A stretch of 64,000 nucleotides of DNA, from assembly GCA_905234465.1 (NCBI GenBank), contig CAJOHU010000001.1:31708-95707 (forward strand). The letters are read 5' to 3'. A model generated the notes under the pieces. The model worked only from the letters and a program-made list of their open reading frames with translations. It made no database searches and was not told the DNA's origin. Every line of letters starts with the position of its first letter. Position 1 is the first letter of the stretch. Below, in pieces: positions 37,661 through 47,419 of the stretch. The translations under genes were made by a program, and so were the position numbers. The DNA comes from an uncultured Alphaproteobacteria bacterium. Its GTDB lineage: Bacteria; Pseudomonadota; Alphaproteobacteria; Rs-D84.

Positions 37661-38128
37661 TTAATCTTTTTTTCGGCGTTCGGCAAAGAATTTGCGTAGT
37701 AATTCGGCTGATTCGTCAGCATATTCCGACATTTGGACTATATTTGGGTGCCACAGGTGTTTGTCGTTTTCAAATATGCGCGCATTTGATGTTATGCCCC
37801 CGCCCTTTTCATCTGTGGCGGCAAAGTATATGTTCTTTATCCGGGCAAAAGAAATTGCCGTTGCGCACATCGCGCATGGTTCCAATGACACATAGATATC
37901 GCAGCCATCCAAAAATTTTGTGCCAAGTTTTTTGCATGCACGATTTATTGCAACAATTTCTGCGTGCAGTGTTGGATTTTGTTTCCGCTGAACCAAATTT
38001 TCACCACGAGAAAGAATTTCGCCATTGTGGACAACCACTGCACCAATCGGTACATCACCCGCCTCACCTGCCCGGCGCGCCAAATTTAAAACTTGCTTCA
38101 TTATGTTCATGATTGTAGAATTTATCAC
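37661..38128 (-). CDS. tadA: tRNA-specific adenosine deaminase
   Basis: HAEIVAI...SLEPCAMCA is the CDA-fold zinc-binding signature typical of TadA. Confidence 0.8.
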   Translation of the reverse strand: MINSTIMNIMKQVLNLARRAGEAGDVPIGAVVVHNGEILSRGENLVQRKQNPTLHAEIVAINRACKKLGTKFLDGCDIYVSLEPCAMCATAISFARIKNIYFAATDEKGGGITSNARIFENDKHLWHPNIVQMSEYADESAELLRKFFAERRKKD

Positions 38129-38692
38129 ATGGATTCAAAATTGCAAATTATTTCTGGAACATATCGTGGGCGAAAACTTGTATTGCCCGATGGCGCGCGT
38201 CCGACCCAAAACATGGCGCGTGCGGCGGTATTTAATATGCTTGCGGAAATTTTTCAACAAAGCACAAATATATCGGCATGGGATGCTTTTGCGGGGGCCG
38301 GCGCAATGGGAATAGAAGTCCTGTCACGTTATCCAAGTGCAAAAGTGTTTTTTACTGATATTTCCGATGAATCAATAAAAGCAATAAAGAAAAATACCAC
38401 TGGAATTGCGGCAAATCGTATCTGTATTACAAAGATTAGTGCGATAAAAGCAATCAAAGTTTATGCACAAAACGCAAATTTGATTTTTGTTGATCCACCA
38501 TATGCAGATGCCGGAATTGGTATAGAATTTGTTGCAGAAATGGCAAAGATTGTGCGCGGTGGCACTGTCGTTGTCCAAGAAATTGAAAAAATTGTACCCT
38601 ATTCGCCCGATGAAACGAGATGGGAAGTATTGCGCGATAAAACCTATGGGCGGGCGCGATTTCTGATTTTGCGCAGAAATAATAACAAATAA
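38129..38692 (+). CDS. rsmD: 16S rRNA (guanine966-N2)-methyltransferase
   Basis: IISGTYRGRKL...DAFAGAGAMGIE...FVDPPY are the RsmD family motifs. The internal Met start was chosen (the ORF-track frame opens at 38093). It is divergent and abutting tadA. Confidence 0.75.
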   Translation: MDSKLQIISGTYRGRKLVLPDGARPTQNMARAAVFNMLAEIFQQSTNISAWDAFAGAGAMGIEVLSRYPSAKVFFTDISDESIKAIKKNTTGIAANRICITKISAIKAIKVYAQNANLIFVDPPYADAGIGIEFVAEMAKIVRGGTVVVQEIEKIVPYSPDETRWEVLRDKTYGRARFLILRRNNNK

Positions 38693-38785
38693 CTTGATTT
38701 TTAGGTAAATTTATTACATAATATGCCGCGCACAACACCCTTGGAGGTTGTGCAAACAGTAAAACAAAATAAAAAGGAATTTAAA

Positions 38786-39406
38786 ATGGCAATAGAATTA
38801 AATGCAGAAATACGCAATGTTGCTGGCAAGGGGGCCGCGCGTGCAATTCGTAAAAACAAGAATATTCCCGCTGTGATTTATGGTGAAAAGAAAGAACCCG
38901 TCGCGATTGAAATTGCAGGTCGTGATTTTGATGCGTTGGTTCAAACACCGTCATTACGCACAAAATTGTTCCATATCGCAACCAAGGCGGGCAAAGAAGA
39001 TGCGATGTTGATGGATATTCAATATCATCCCGTGACAGACCGGGTTATTCATGCTGATTTTAAGCGTATTGATGTCAAAAAACCTGTTTGTGTGTCCGTT
39101 CCGGTGGAAGTTGTTAATGCCGATATTTCCAAAGGATTAAAATTGGGGGGCGTTTTGAACTTTGCGGTACGTAAGGTTTTGGTTGTCGCATTGGTTGATA
39201 AATTGCCGGAAAAAATAACGATTGATTTGACCGATTTGACGATTGGTGATTCAGTTCACGGTTCTGATTTGGTCTTGCCAGAAGGCGTTTCATTGGGACT
39301 GCACCAGGCAGAATTGGCATTTGCCACAATCGGCGGTAAGATGCCAGAAGAAGCAGATGCAAAACCGGCACCTGCGGCGGCAGCAGCCCCAGCAGACAAG
39401 AAGTAA
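38786..39406 (+). CDS. rplY: 50S ribosomal protein L25 (general stress protein Ctc form, with C-terminal extension)
   Basis: MAIELNAEIR..GKGAARAIRK..IPAVIYG is the L25 N-terminal signature. The ATG at 38786 has RBS aaaggaa. Confidence 0.85.
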   Translation: MAIELNAEIRNVAGKGAARAIRKNKNIPAVIYGEKKEPVAIEIAGRDFDALVQTPSLRTKLFHIATKAGKEDAMLMDIQYHPVTDRVIHADFKRIDVKKPVCVSVPVEVVNADISKGLKLGGVLNFAVRKVLVVALVDKLPEKITIDLTDLTIGDSVHGSDLVLPEGVSLGLHQAELAFATIGGKMPEEADAKPAPAAAAAPADKK

Positions 39407-39423
39407 TTCTTGGGCATACAGTA

Positions 39424-39458
39424 TGTTAGTAAAACGGTGGCGGTTGCGCCGCCGTTTC
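39424..39458 (+). repeat. partial GTTAGT repeat fused to a member of the AACGGTGGCG...CGCCGCCGTT terminator-palindrome family
   Basis: gttagtaaaacggtggcggttgcgccgccgttt. Compare 13466-13496 and 46718-46747. Confidence 0.55.
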
Positions 39459-39557
39459 TTTTTAATTGGTATTATTTTTATTCCTATGGTCTTGAAATCG
39501 GTTTTGGGATAACTATATCTGTGTCATACAAGATTGATATACTAAGGAGTAATAAAA

Positions 39558-41459
39558 ATGGGAAAAGTTTTAGGTATTGATTTAGGTACTACTAATTCTG
39601 CCATGGCATTTATGGATGGAAATGATCCAAAAATTATTGAAAATGCCGAAGGTGGTCGTACAACACCGTCTGTGGTGGCGATGACATCAGGTGGTGAACA
39701 GTTGGTCGGTATTACCGCAAAAAACCAAGCGGTCACAAATCCTGAAAACACTATATACGAAATTAAGCGTCTTATGGGATTGCGTTTTGACAGTCCCGCG
39801 GTACGTGAAATCATGGCACGTGTACCATATAAAATTGTTGCGGGCGATAATGGTGATGCATGGGTTGAAATGGATGGTAAAAAATATGCTCCGTCCCAGA
39901 TTTCTGCAATGATTTTGGCTAAATTGAAAAAAGACGCAGAAAGTTATCTTGGTGAAACAGTGACGGATGCTGTTATTACTGTGCCGGCATATTTTAATGA
40001 TTCACAACGCCAGGCAACAAAAGACGCTGGGCGTATTGCCGGATTGAATGTTTTGCGTATCGTTAATGAACCAACCGCGGCGGCGTTAGCGTATGGTTTA
40101 GACAAAGATAAAAACGGAACTATCGTTGTGTATGACCTTGGTGGTGGTACATTTGATGTGTCTGTGTTGGAAATCGTTGACGGTGTATTTGAAGTTAAAT
40201 CTACCAACGGTGATACTGCATTGGGTGGATCTGATTTTGATGCACGCGTGTTGAAATACCTTATTGAAGAATTCAAATCACAAACAGGTATTGATTTATC
40301 GGGCGATAAATTGGCGTTGCAACGTTTGAAAGAAGCGGCGGAAAAAGCCAAGATTGAATTGTCGTCTAAGACATCAACCGATATTAACCTGCCCTTTTTA
40401 ACCGCGGATGCGTCGGGTCCAAAGCACTTTAATATCACTTTGACACGTGCAAAGTTGGAATCTTTGGTTTCTGATTTGATTGAACGCACTATTGAACCTT
40501 GCCGCAAAGCGTTAAAAGATGCGGGTATTGAAAAATCTCAAATTAATGAAGTCATATTGGTCGGTGGTCAAACCCGTATGCCAAAAGTTGTTGAAACAGT
40601 AAAAGAATTCTTTGGGCGCGAACCACACAAAGGCGTTAACCCGGACGAAGTTGTCGCAATGGGTGCCGCAATTCAGGGTGGTGTGTTAAAAGGCGATGTC
40701 AAAGATGTTTTGTTGTTGGATGTCACACCGTTGTCTTTGGGTATTGAAACACTGGGTGGTGTGTTTACGCGTCTTATTGACCGCAACACAACAATTCCAA
40801 CCAAGAAATCCCAAGTGTTCTCAACCGCAGAAGACAACCAATCGGCGGTGACAATCCGTGTGTTCCAAGGCGAACGCGATATGGCGGCAGATAACAAACT
40901 GTTGGGGCAATTCAACCTTGAAGGTATTGCACCTGCGCCGCGCGGAATGCCACAAATTGAAGTATCTTTTGATATTGACGCGAATGGCATTGTCCATGTG
41001 TCTGCAAAAGATAAAGGCACCGGTAAAGAACAGGCGATTTCTATTAAGTCTGATGGTGGTCTGTCCGAAGAAGAAATTAAACGCATGGTTGATGAAGCCG
41101 CGGCAAATGCAGAATCTGATAAAAAGAAGAAAGAATTAGCGGAAGCTAAAAATAATGCGGAAACTGCTATCTTTACAATAGAAAAGTCTTTGAAAGAATA
41201 TGGCGATAAAATATCAGCCGATGAAAAGAATGCCATTGAGGCCGCCAAGAAAGAATTGTCTGACGAATTGGCGAAATCTGATGCGAACACCGAAAGTCTT
41301 AAATCCAAGACCGAAGTGTTAACAGAAAAAGCCATGAAGTTGGGTGAAGCGGTGTACAAAGCGCAACAGGAAGCCCAGCAGAGTGCCGGTGACGCAAACG
41401 CGGCGTCAGATGATTCTAAATCTGATGGTGCACGTGACGCAGATTTTTCTGAGAAATAA
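39558..41459 (+). CDS. dnaK: molecular chaperone DnaK (Hsp70)
   Basis: [16 protein letters not shown] and [11 protein letters not shown] are Hsp70 signatures. 633 aa. Confidence 0.97.
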   Translation: MGKVLGIDLGTTNSAMAFMDGNDPKIIENAEGGRTTPSVVAMTSGGEQLVGITAKNQAVTNPENTIYEIKRLMGLRFDSPAVREIMARVPYKIVAGDNGDAWVEMDGKKYAPSQISAMILAKLKKDAESYLGETVTDAVITVPAYFNDSQRQATKDAGRIAGLNVLRIVNEPTAAALAYGLDKDKNGTIVVYDLGGGTFDVSVLEIVDGVFEVKSTNGDTALGGSDFDARVLKYLIEEFKSQTGIDLSGDKLALQRLKEAAEKAKIELSSKTSTDINLPFLTADASGPKHFNITLTRAKLESLVSDLIERTIEPCRKALKDAGIEKSQINEVILVGGQTRMPKVVETVKEFFGREPHKGVNPDEVVAMGAAIQGGVLKGDVKDVLLLDVTPLSLGIETLGGVFTRLIDRNTTIPTKKSQVFSTAEDNQSAVTIRVFQGERDMAADNKLLGQFNLEGIAPAPRGMPQIEVSFDIDANGIVHVSAKDKGTGKEQAISIKSDGGLSEEEIKRMVDEAAANAESDKKKKELAEAKNNAETAIFTIEKSLKEYGDKISADEKNAIEAAKKELSDELAKSDANTESLKSKTEVLTEKAMKLGEAVYKAQQEAQQSAGDANAASDDSKSDGARDADFSEK

Positions 41460-41475
41460 TTATAGTTCTGAGACT

Positions 41476-41504
41476 AAAAAATGTGGGGCATTTGCCCCAC
41501 ATTT
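41476..41504. terminator. bidirectional terminator
   Basis: aaaaatgtggggca-tt-tgccccacattt. Confidence 0.6.
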
Positions 41505-42584
41505 CTATTTTGTTTGACCAATATATATGTTCATACTGGTCGCCACACCCAAAAGCGGGTCATCCGGTTCAACATATGCGTTTGATGTGCACAAATCTGG
41601 AATATTCGGATCGCGTGAAATGTCGCCAGATTCATAGAATTCTGATAATGGCACAGTCACACATTTGCCCCCACGCAGCGCCGTCATAACATTTGTTTCG
41701 CGATTTTCAATCGCATTCAGCGCACATGTCACCATTTTTGCCGCAATTATACGATCGTTTGCAATGGTATCCCCGGTGCGTTGAATATAATCAGGAAATG
41801 CCGTACGATTTGGAATTTCTGCCGCAGTTAGTTTGCGTGAAATCATATCCGCCGGTCTTCCAGAATGCCCCCGCAAAGTTATTCCTTCGGATACCATAAT
41901 AATACCATAATCGCGACCAACATTCCGAATGTGTTTAATTAAATCATCAACATTAAATTTGATTTCAGGAATAATAATCGCATCCGCACCAAACGCGACA
42001 CCGGCGTTCAACGCCAATCGCCCACATTCGCGCCCCATTGTTTGAACAACAAACCAACGATGATGACTGCGCGATGTTAGTATTAATTGGTCACAATATT
42101 TAACCAGTTCATTAACCGCGGTATCAAATCCAATTGTTCTTTCTGTGATTGGTATATCAAAATCTATGGTTTTTGGAATACATACCAAGGACAGATTTGA
42201 ATAAATATCATTATTCTTGTATGCCAAAGACAAACTGCCGTTGCCACCAACCAAAATCAATGCATCCAAATTTAATGTTGTTAAAGACTTTTTCAATGTC
42301 TTGTTAAACAGACCAAGACGACCTGATTTCGCCGCGGTTTCAAAATTCATAACGCCAATGTTGCCGTTGTGTAAAAAACTGCCCGCAAGGCGCGCGTTCT
42401 CTATTGGCACTGTGTCGGGTGTTAATTCAACAGCATTCGCAGGAATACAACAAAGCCCGTCTGTGCCATCTATGATTCCGTATGTACGCCATCCACGTGC
42501 ATGCGCCCCACAAACAATCCGATTTATAACCGTATTTAAACCACTGCAGTCACCACCCGTGGTCATAATTCCAATCTTTTTCAT
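41505..42584 (-). CDS. pfp: phosphofructokinase, probably pyrophosphate-dependent (PFK-A family)
   Basis: The motifs GIMTTGGDCSGLN and ILVGGNGS. 359 aa. Confidence 0.7.
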   Translation of the reverse strand: MKKIGIMTTGGDCSGLNTVINRIVCGAHARGWRTYGIIDGTDGLCCIPANAVELTPDTVPIENARLAGSFLHNGNIGVMNFETAAKSGRLGLFNKTLKKSLTTLNLDALILVGGNGSLSLAYKNNDIYSNLSLVCIPKTIDFDIPITERTIGFDTAVNELVKYCDQLILTSRSHHRWFVVQTMGRECGRLALNAGVAFGADAIIIPEIKFNVDDLIKHIRNVGRDYGIIMVSEGITLRGHSGRPADMISRKLTAAEIPNRTAFPDYIQRTGDTIANDRIIAAKMVTCALNAIENRETNVMTALRGGKCVTVPLSEFYESGDISRDPNIPDLCTSNAYVEPDDPLLGVATSMNIYIGQTK

Positions 42585-42687
42585 TTTTCCCCCGTTTATT
42601 GGGAAATTATATCACAAATAAGTTGACAAAGAAAGTTTTTTTATGCTATTTTGTCCAATAGTAAAAGCATCCTTAGGAGATATTGCT

Positions 42688-43848
42688 ATGGCAACAAATA
42701 ATACCGCTGTTATGGGCAAGACGAAACGTTCAACAGATAATATGATTGACGATGCGATTGCACGACAGAATGATTGGTTGGCTAATCGGCGAATTTTTAC
42801 ACGCAGATTCTTAAAAACTTTGAATGTGTATCCCGATGAAGAACAAAAAAAACAGCCCGTGGCCGTCAAACAAGAACGTGAATCAAAAGACAATAAATCT
42901 GTGCTGCGGGAATATTGGTTCCCTATTCTGTGTGCGCTGATTGTGTTGTTGGTTGCAATATGGGTCGTTTTTATCAGAATTGGCACACCCCAGAAAGTTA
43001 TTGTGTTGAATACAGAAACATCACAAACAGAAAAAGTTGAACACAATACAATAAAAAATGTTCCGGAACTGGTGGACATTCCAACATTTGATATTGTGCG
43101 AATCAAAGAAAATGGTATCGTTGTCGCGGGACGGTGGTTGCCGAATAAAACAATTTCTGTATTAATGAACAATAAACTAGTCGCAACCGAACAGACCGAT
43201 GCAAATGGCGAATTTGTTTATGCACCGACAAACGGTTTGAAACCCGGCAATTATACATTGTCGTTGATTGGGGTTGAACCAAAAACAAAGTCTGTGGACA
43301 AGGTTTTTTTATATATATCCGAGGCAGATTTCAGAAATTCTGTTTCATTGCTTATGACACCCAACGGCAGTCGTGTTTTACAGTCTCCATCTATTTTAAC
43401 TGATGGTGATTTGGTTGTGTCCAAGATAGACTATTTGGACACAGGACGCATAATCGTCACAGGGGATGCGTTGCCGCGGTTGCGTGTATCTCTATCATTA
43501 AATGACAAATATATTGGTCTTGCGCGTGTGTCAGATTATAAACACTTTGGTGTTGGTGCAGATGTTGGCAAATTAGAACCTGGAAATCGTTACGATTTAA
43601 CTGTACGATTGCATGACGGCGATGGGCAAACAATCGCAACAGTTAATCACAGTTTTATTATGCCGGAAATGACCGGCGATAACGACACATTTTATACTGT
43701 GCGGCGTGGTGATTGTTTGTGGGTGATTGCACGCAATTTCTTGCGTCGCGGTGTGTTGTTCAGCATAATTGCCGAACGCAACAGTATTGAAAACCCAGAT
43801 TTAATTTTCACAAATCAATTACTACAAATTCCAACAAAAAATAATTAA
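42688..43848 (+). CDS. LysM-domain protein (N-terminal TM anchor + C-terminal LysM)
   Basis: The C-terminal YTVRRGDCLWVIARNF...IFTNQLLQIP is a LysM motif. The hydrophobic anchor is ILCALIVLLVAIWVVFI. The ATG at 42688 has RBS aggaga. Confidence 0.7.
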   Translation: MATNNTAVMGKTKRSTDNMIDDAIARQNDWLANRRIFTRRFLKTLNVYPDEEQKKQPVAVKQERESKDNKSVLREYWFPILCALIVLLVAIWVVFIRIGTPQKVIVLNTETSQTEKVEHNTIKNVPELVDIPTFDIVRIKENGIVVAGRWLPNKTISVLMNNKLVATEQTDANGEFVYAPTNGLKPGNYTLSLIGVEPKTKSVDKVFLYISEADFRNSVSLLMTPNGSRVLQSPSILTDGDLVVSKIDYLDTGRIIVTGDALPRLRVSLSLNDKYIGLARVSDYKHFGVGADVGKLEPGNRYDLTVRLHDGDGQTIATVNHSFIMPEMTGDNDTFYTVRRGDCLWVIARNFLRRGVLFSIIAERNSIENPDLIFTNQLLQIPTKNN

Positions 43849-43862
43849 GGTGGTGCAAAGAA

Positions 43863-44324
43863 ATGACAGAAGAAGAAGTAAGTATTATTCTTGCCGGCAT
43901 ATTAAAACATTGGAAAACATTAAGTCCCGCTGAACTTAAAAGTCTGTTAAAGATTCTTATTGTTCGTGGTGATTTGCCGATATGTCCGGCGTGCAAGCAA
44001 CCCATATTAACCATTCAAGACAATTCTTTTGATCATGTTATTCCTGAATCTAAGGGTGGACCAACCGAAGCCGGGAATCTGCAACCTATGCATAAATGGT
44101 GCAATGTGGAAAAAGATGATGAAATATACGAACAATATTTTTGCCATGTTGATCCGGAACTGTTGGCACAGATGATTAAACAAGGCAAAGCCAAAGGTTC
44201 ACATGTGGCACGCAAATCTAAACAAAGATATGATAATGAACCCAAGGGACGTCGCAATCATGTTCGTATAAAGGGCGGTTGCGATATGACATCTTTTAAC
44301 AACAGCAATGGTCGTCACAGATAA
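43863..44324 (+). CDS. free-standing HNH endonuclease-domain protein
   Basis: CPACKQ...FDHVIPESKGGPTEAGNLQPMHKWCN has a C-x2-C, then H, N and H in HNH spacing. 153 aa. It lies 60 bp upstream of tRNA-Gly. Confidence 0.7.
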   Translation: MTEEEVSIILAGILKHWKTLSPAELKSLLKILIVRGDLPICPACKQPILTIQDNSFDHVIPESKGGPTEAGNLQPMHKWCNVEKDDEIYEQYFCHVDPELLAQMIKQGKAKGSHVARKSKQRYDNEPKGRRNHVRIKGGCDMTSFNNSNGRHR

Positions 44325-44384
44325 GGTTCAAAATTTTTATTCTGGACAATTATGGGGTTGTGATATAAAATAACATCCTATATT

Positions 44385-44458
44385 GCGGGCGTGGTATAAT
44401 GGCAGCACGAAAGCTTCCCAAGCTTTAGACGAGGGTTCGATTCCCTTCGCCCGCACCA
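44385..44458 (+). tRNA. tRNA-Gly (anticodon CCC)
   Basis: GCGGGCG...anticodon loop TTCCCAA...GAGGG-TTCGATT-CCCTT-CGCCCGC-A-CCA. Near-identical in acceptor, anticodon and T arms to the canonical bacterial tRNA-Gly(CCC). Confidence 0.85.
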
Positions 44459-44555
44459 AAGTTCAATCTATTGATGCGGTTAGTCGGGTAACCTTGTAAT
44501 GCGCGCATCAACTCGTTGCTAATAACGCAACTCGTTGTGTGTTTGTATACTCGGT

Positions 44556-44573
44556 TTCCCTTCGCCCGCACCA
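44556..44573 (+). repeat. 18-nt exact direct repeat of the tRNA-Gly 3' end (ttcccttcgcccgcacca), 98 bp downstream of the tRNA. Att-like remnant.
   Basis: Direct comparison with 44441-44458. Confidence 0.85.
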
Positions 44574-44682
44574 TCCGCCTTCGCTTAGCGCTGCGGCAGC
44601 GATTTTGTGCCACACCCCGCCGGTTTCGCTGATATGGCAGATTTTATAAAAAGACATTGTCGATAAACAAAAGGTAAATAAA

Positions 44683-45258
44683 ATGACAAATAATGATAAT
44701 TATGCAAAAAAAGAAATACAATCTGATGACCCAATAATTCAAAAATGTTTGGATATTATTCGTAATCCAAAAGCCTGGGTATCAGATTTAGCCGATGCCG
44801 GCTATTACACTGTACATATTGGTAATAAAGAATATTTTACGTTTAATAAAATATGTGCTTTTGGGCTAGGCACAAAATACAAAATTACAGTGAATGTGCA
44901 AGATTATAATTTTAGTGGCGAAAGACCGGATTTGGAAGATTTGCATAGATTATGTGTTGCCAAATATAAAGAACAATCACAAGAAAGGGAAAAGAATACA
45001 CTGGATTTTTTGAATGATGTCGACAAAGCCCAAAAGGCGAATAAAAATAATGGTACCGCGACGTTTGTTTTGTTGATGGGATTGGCGATAGCGGGTATTA
45101 TCAGTCCTGCTGTGATACGTGGCATACAAGAGAAAAAAGCGCAACGCGTGAATAAACAGGTCGAAGCATTTGAAAAAACTTTGCCGGCAGAGTACTTGGA
45201 ACAAAAACATGCGGTTGAGCATTATCGTGATAGTTTAATGCATGTCAAAGGACGGTAA
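44683..45258 (+). CDS. hypothetical protein (191 aa, one TM near the C-terminus)
   Basis: ORF with AT-rich upstream region. Hydrophobic segment ATFVLLMGLAIAGIISPAVI. Confidence 0.5.
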   Translation: MTNNDNYAKKEIQSDDPIIQKCLDIIRNPKAWVSDLADAGYYTVHIGNKEYFTFNKICAFGLGTKYKITVNVQDYNFSGERPDLEDLHRLCVAKYKEQSQEREKNTLDFLNDVDKAQKANKNNGTATFVLLMGLAIAGIISPAVIRGIQEKKAQRVNKQVEAFEKTLPAEYLEQKHAVEHYRDSLMHVKGR

Positions 45259-45322
45259 TAAAAACCTATCATTTACACCAATTTTATGATATAATTCCCC
45301 TGTTGTCACAGGGGGATTTTTT

Positions 45323-45616
45323 ATGAAAGAAATAATTGCTTATGCTTTTTTATCTGTTTATACCGTTTTGGAATTCGTTGCCTATATACCGCAAATAGTT
45401 AAGATATTAAAGACCCGGCATGCTGATGATTTAAGTTTAACATCTTGGTTTGTATGGATTACAACCGATTTGTCTTATTTGGGATATGTTCTGTTGGAAA
45501 CGCCGCAATTTGGTGTGATATTTATCGCTACACTAGATTTGGTATTTATTGTGACCGTATTTTTGTTAACCGCATATTATCAAAAACACAACAAACGCAG
45601 AAAAAATTGCAGTTAG
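45323..45616 (+). CDS. PQ-loop / SemiSWEET-like small membrane protein (3 TM)
   Basis: 97 aa. A conserved PQ motif (AYIPQIVKILKT) at the end of TM1. Three hydrophobic helices. Confidence 0.55.
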   Translation: MKEIIAYAFLSVYTVLEFVAYIPQIVKILKTRHADDLSLTSWFVWITTDLSYLGYVLLETPQFGVIFIATLDLVFIVTVFLLTAYYQKHNKRRKNCS

Positions 45617-45732
45617 TTGTTTTAATAAATAAACACATCCACTTTATCTGTTTTCATATTTTATCATTGCTTTTTACTTTACATCGCGGTATACATGTAT
45701 TCGTATAGAGAATTAAAAAGAAAGGAGAATTC

Positions 45733-46713
45733 ATGAAACCATATATATTTATTGCGTTGCTTGTGGGACTGACCGCGTGTAATAATGGTGATACGGTGCA
45801 CCAACATGACCCCATTGACAAAAAAATTTCGGACAGCAATCGTATTGTGACACATATGGCAACAAAAGTTATGGTCTCGCAAGAAAATCGTTCGGATGAC
45901 CGCGAGTATGTTAAATACAAACTGGACAATGTGAACCTTAGCAGTCTTATAACACCGGGCGAAACCAGTAATCTGAAATTCACAGTATCCCCAGATGGAG
46001 AAATTATTGGTATCCAGTTTGAAACAGATTCTAACAGTATCCCAGAAGCATGGAAAAGCGAGATGACACGCCAAACCGGAACAAACAGATTTGTTAGTGA
46101 ATCTGATGAAAATTTGGGCGCCGCAACGGTGACATATAACAGTTATGCAAAACATCTGAATTTGCATTATGCAGATTTTGGTGTCGCAGAATTCAAATTT
46201 ACCGAGGATGGCGTGGAAAAAACTGCAAATGCGCCGTTTGCTGGCGGATACGCGGTCAAGAAAATAGAACAACAAAGTATGTCAAATGAACCGATTGTGT
46301 TTAATGGAACGGCGCGTGGCAATGTAGAATATGCCAATAGCACAGAACACGCGTTCTTGCCGGTACAGGACCGAAGTGCACAAATGACATTTGATAATGG
46401 AATTGAAACATTAAGTGCTAATTTTAAAAATTGGCATAAAATGGACATAGAAAAAGATGGCGATACAATCAATGTTTCTTTTGCCAGCCCAATAAACCCA
46501 GATGATGATATAGATACGCGTTTCCAAATGAATGGTACAAATGACACAGTACGGTTTATGGAAACGGGATATTATGGTTCGGACAATCGTCCATCTGAAG
46601 CGGTCGCACTGTTTGAATACCAGGAAAAAATAGACCCGTCACAAGACGCGCGCGACAACAACCGAACGGTTTATGTCGGGTTTGGGGGTAAAGATGCAGG
46701 TATTTCTGAATAA
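45733..46713 (+). CDS. lipoprotein (lipobox LVGLTAC) of unknown function
   Basis: MKPYIFIALLVGLTAC. 326 aa. A beta-rich composition suggests a surface-lipoprotein fold. Confidence 0.6.
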   Translation: MKPYIFIALLVGLTACNNGDTVHQHDPIDKKISDSNRIVTHMATKVMVSQENRSDDREYVKYKLDNVNLSSLITPGETSNLKFTVSPDGEIIGIQFETDSNSIPEAWKSEMTRQTGTNRFVSESDENLGAATVTYNSYAKHLNLHYADFGVAEFKFTEDGVEKTANAPFAGGYAVKKIEQQSMSNEPIVFNGTARGNVEYANSTEHAFLPVQDRSAQMTFDNGIETLSANFKNWHKMDIEKDGDTINVSFASPINPDDDIDTRFQMNGTNDTVRFMETGYYGSDNRPSEAVALFEYQEKIDPSQDARDNNRTVYVGFGGKDAGISE

Positions 46714-46717
46714 TAAG

Positions 46718-46747
46718 AAACGGTGGTGATTAATCGCCACCGTTTTT
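46718..46747 (+). terminator. terminator hairpin of the AACGGTGG...CCACCGTT family
   Basis: aaacggtggtgattaatcgccaccgttttt. Confidence 0.55.
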
Positions 46748-46933
46748 ACATATCGTTAACAAACTTGACTTTTTAATATTTTTATTTCATAATACACACG
46801 CAAATCCCACAAGATTGCCATTTTAATCGTTCCTGTATGCGGTATGCATAAGGCACATCATCCGATGAGTTTCATCCTTGATGGCGGTTTTTGTGTGGAC
46901 AAAAACAGTTTTAACCTAAAAAGGAGTAAAAAT

Positions 46934-47410
46934 ATGGCAACTGTTATTCGTTTGGCGCGCTATGGCGCAAAGAAACGTCCGTACTATCATATCGTCGTCG
47001 TGGATTCTCGCGTCGCCCGTAATTCTGGTAATGTATTGGAAGTTGTTGGTAAATATGACCCAATGTTGGCACGCGACAATGAAAAACGCGTAGTGTTAAA
47101 AATTGATGAAATCAAGGCATGGATGTCCAAGGGCGCAAAACCGTCTGACCGCGTATATCGTTTCTTGGCAAATGCGGGTTTGGTCGCAAAACGCGAAATT
47201 CCAAATCAGACCAAGAAAAACCTGCAAAGCGAAAAGACCATGCAGAAAATTAAAGATAAAGCTGATAAATTGGCAAAGATAGCCGAAGAAAAAGCCAAGG
47301 CAGAGGCAGAAGCCAAAGCCGCCGCCGAAGCACCAGCAGAAACCCCGGCACAAGAAACAGTATCTGAACCGGCACCATCAGAAACAACAATGGAAACCCA
47401 AGCAGAGTAA
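46934..47410 (+). CDS. rpsP: 30S ribosomal protein S16 with a long Lys/Ala/Glu-rich C-terminal extension
   Basis: MATVIRLARYGAKKRPYYHIVVVDSR is the S16 signature. The ATG at 46934 has RBS aaaggag. Confidence 0.9.
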   Translation: MATVIRLARYGAKKRPYYHIVVVDSRVARNSGNVLEVVGKYDPMLARDNEKRVVLKIDEIKAWMSKGAKPSDRVYRFLANAGLVAKREIPNQTKKNLQSEKTMQKIKDKADKLAKIAEEKAKAEAEAKAAAEAPAETPAQETVSEPAPSETTMETQAE

Positions 47411-47419
47411 ACACCAACA

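Noticed and set aside
37573-38315. + strand ORFs (179 and 96 aa) overlapping tadA on the opposite strand
   Set aside because: tadA has strong family motifs. The overlapping ORFs are Cys/His/Arg-rich mirror frames.
40673-41359. 228-aa minus-strand ORF antisense to dnaK
   Set aside because: It is a shadow ORF inside one of the most conserved genes in the window.
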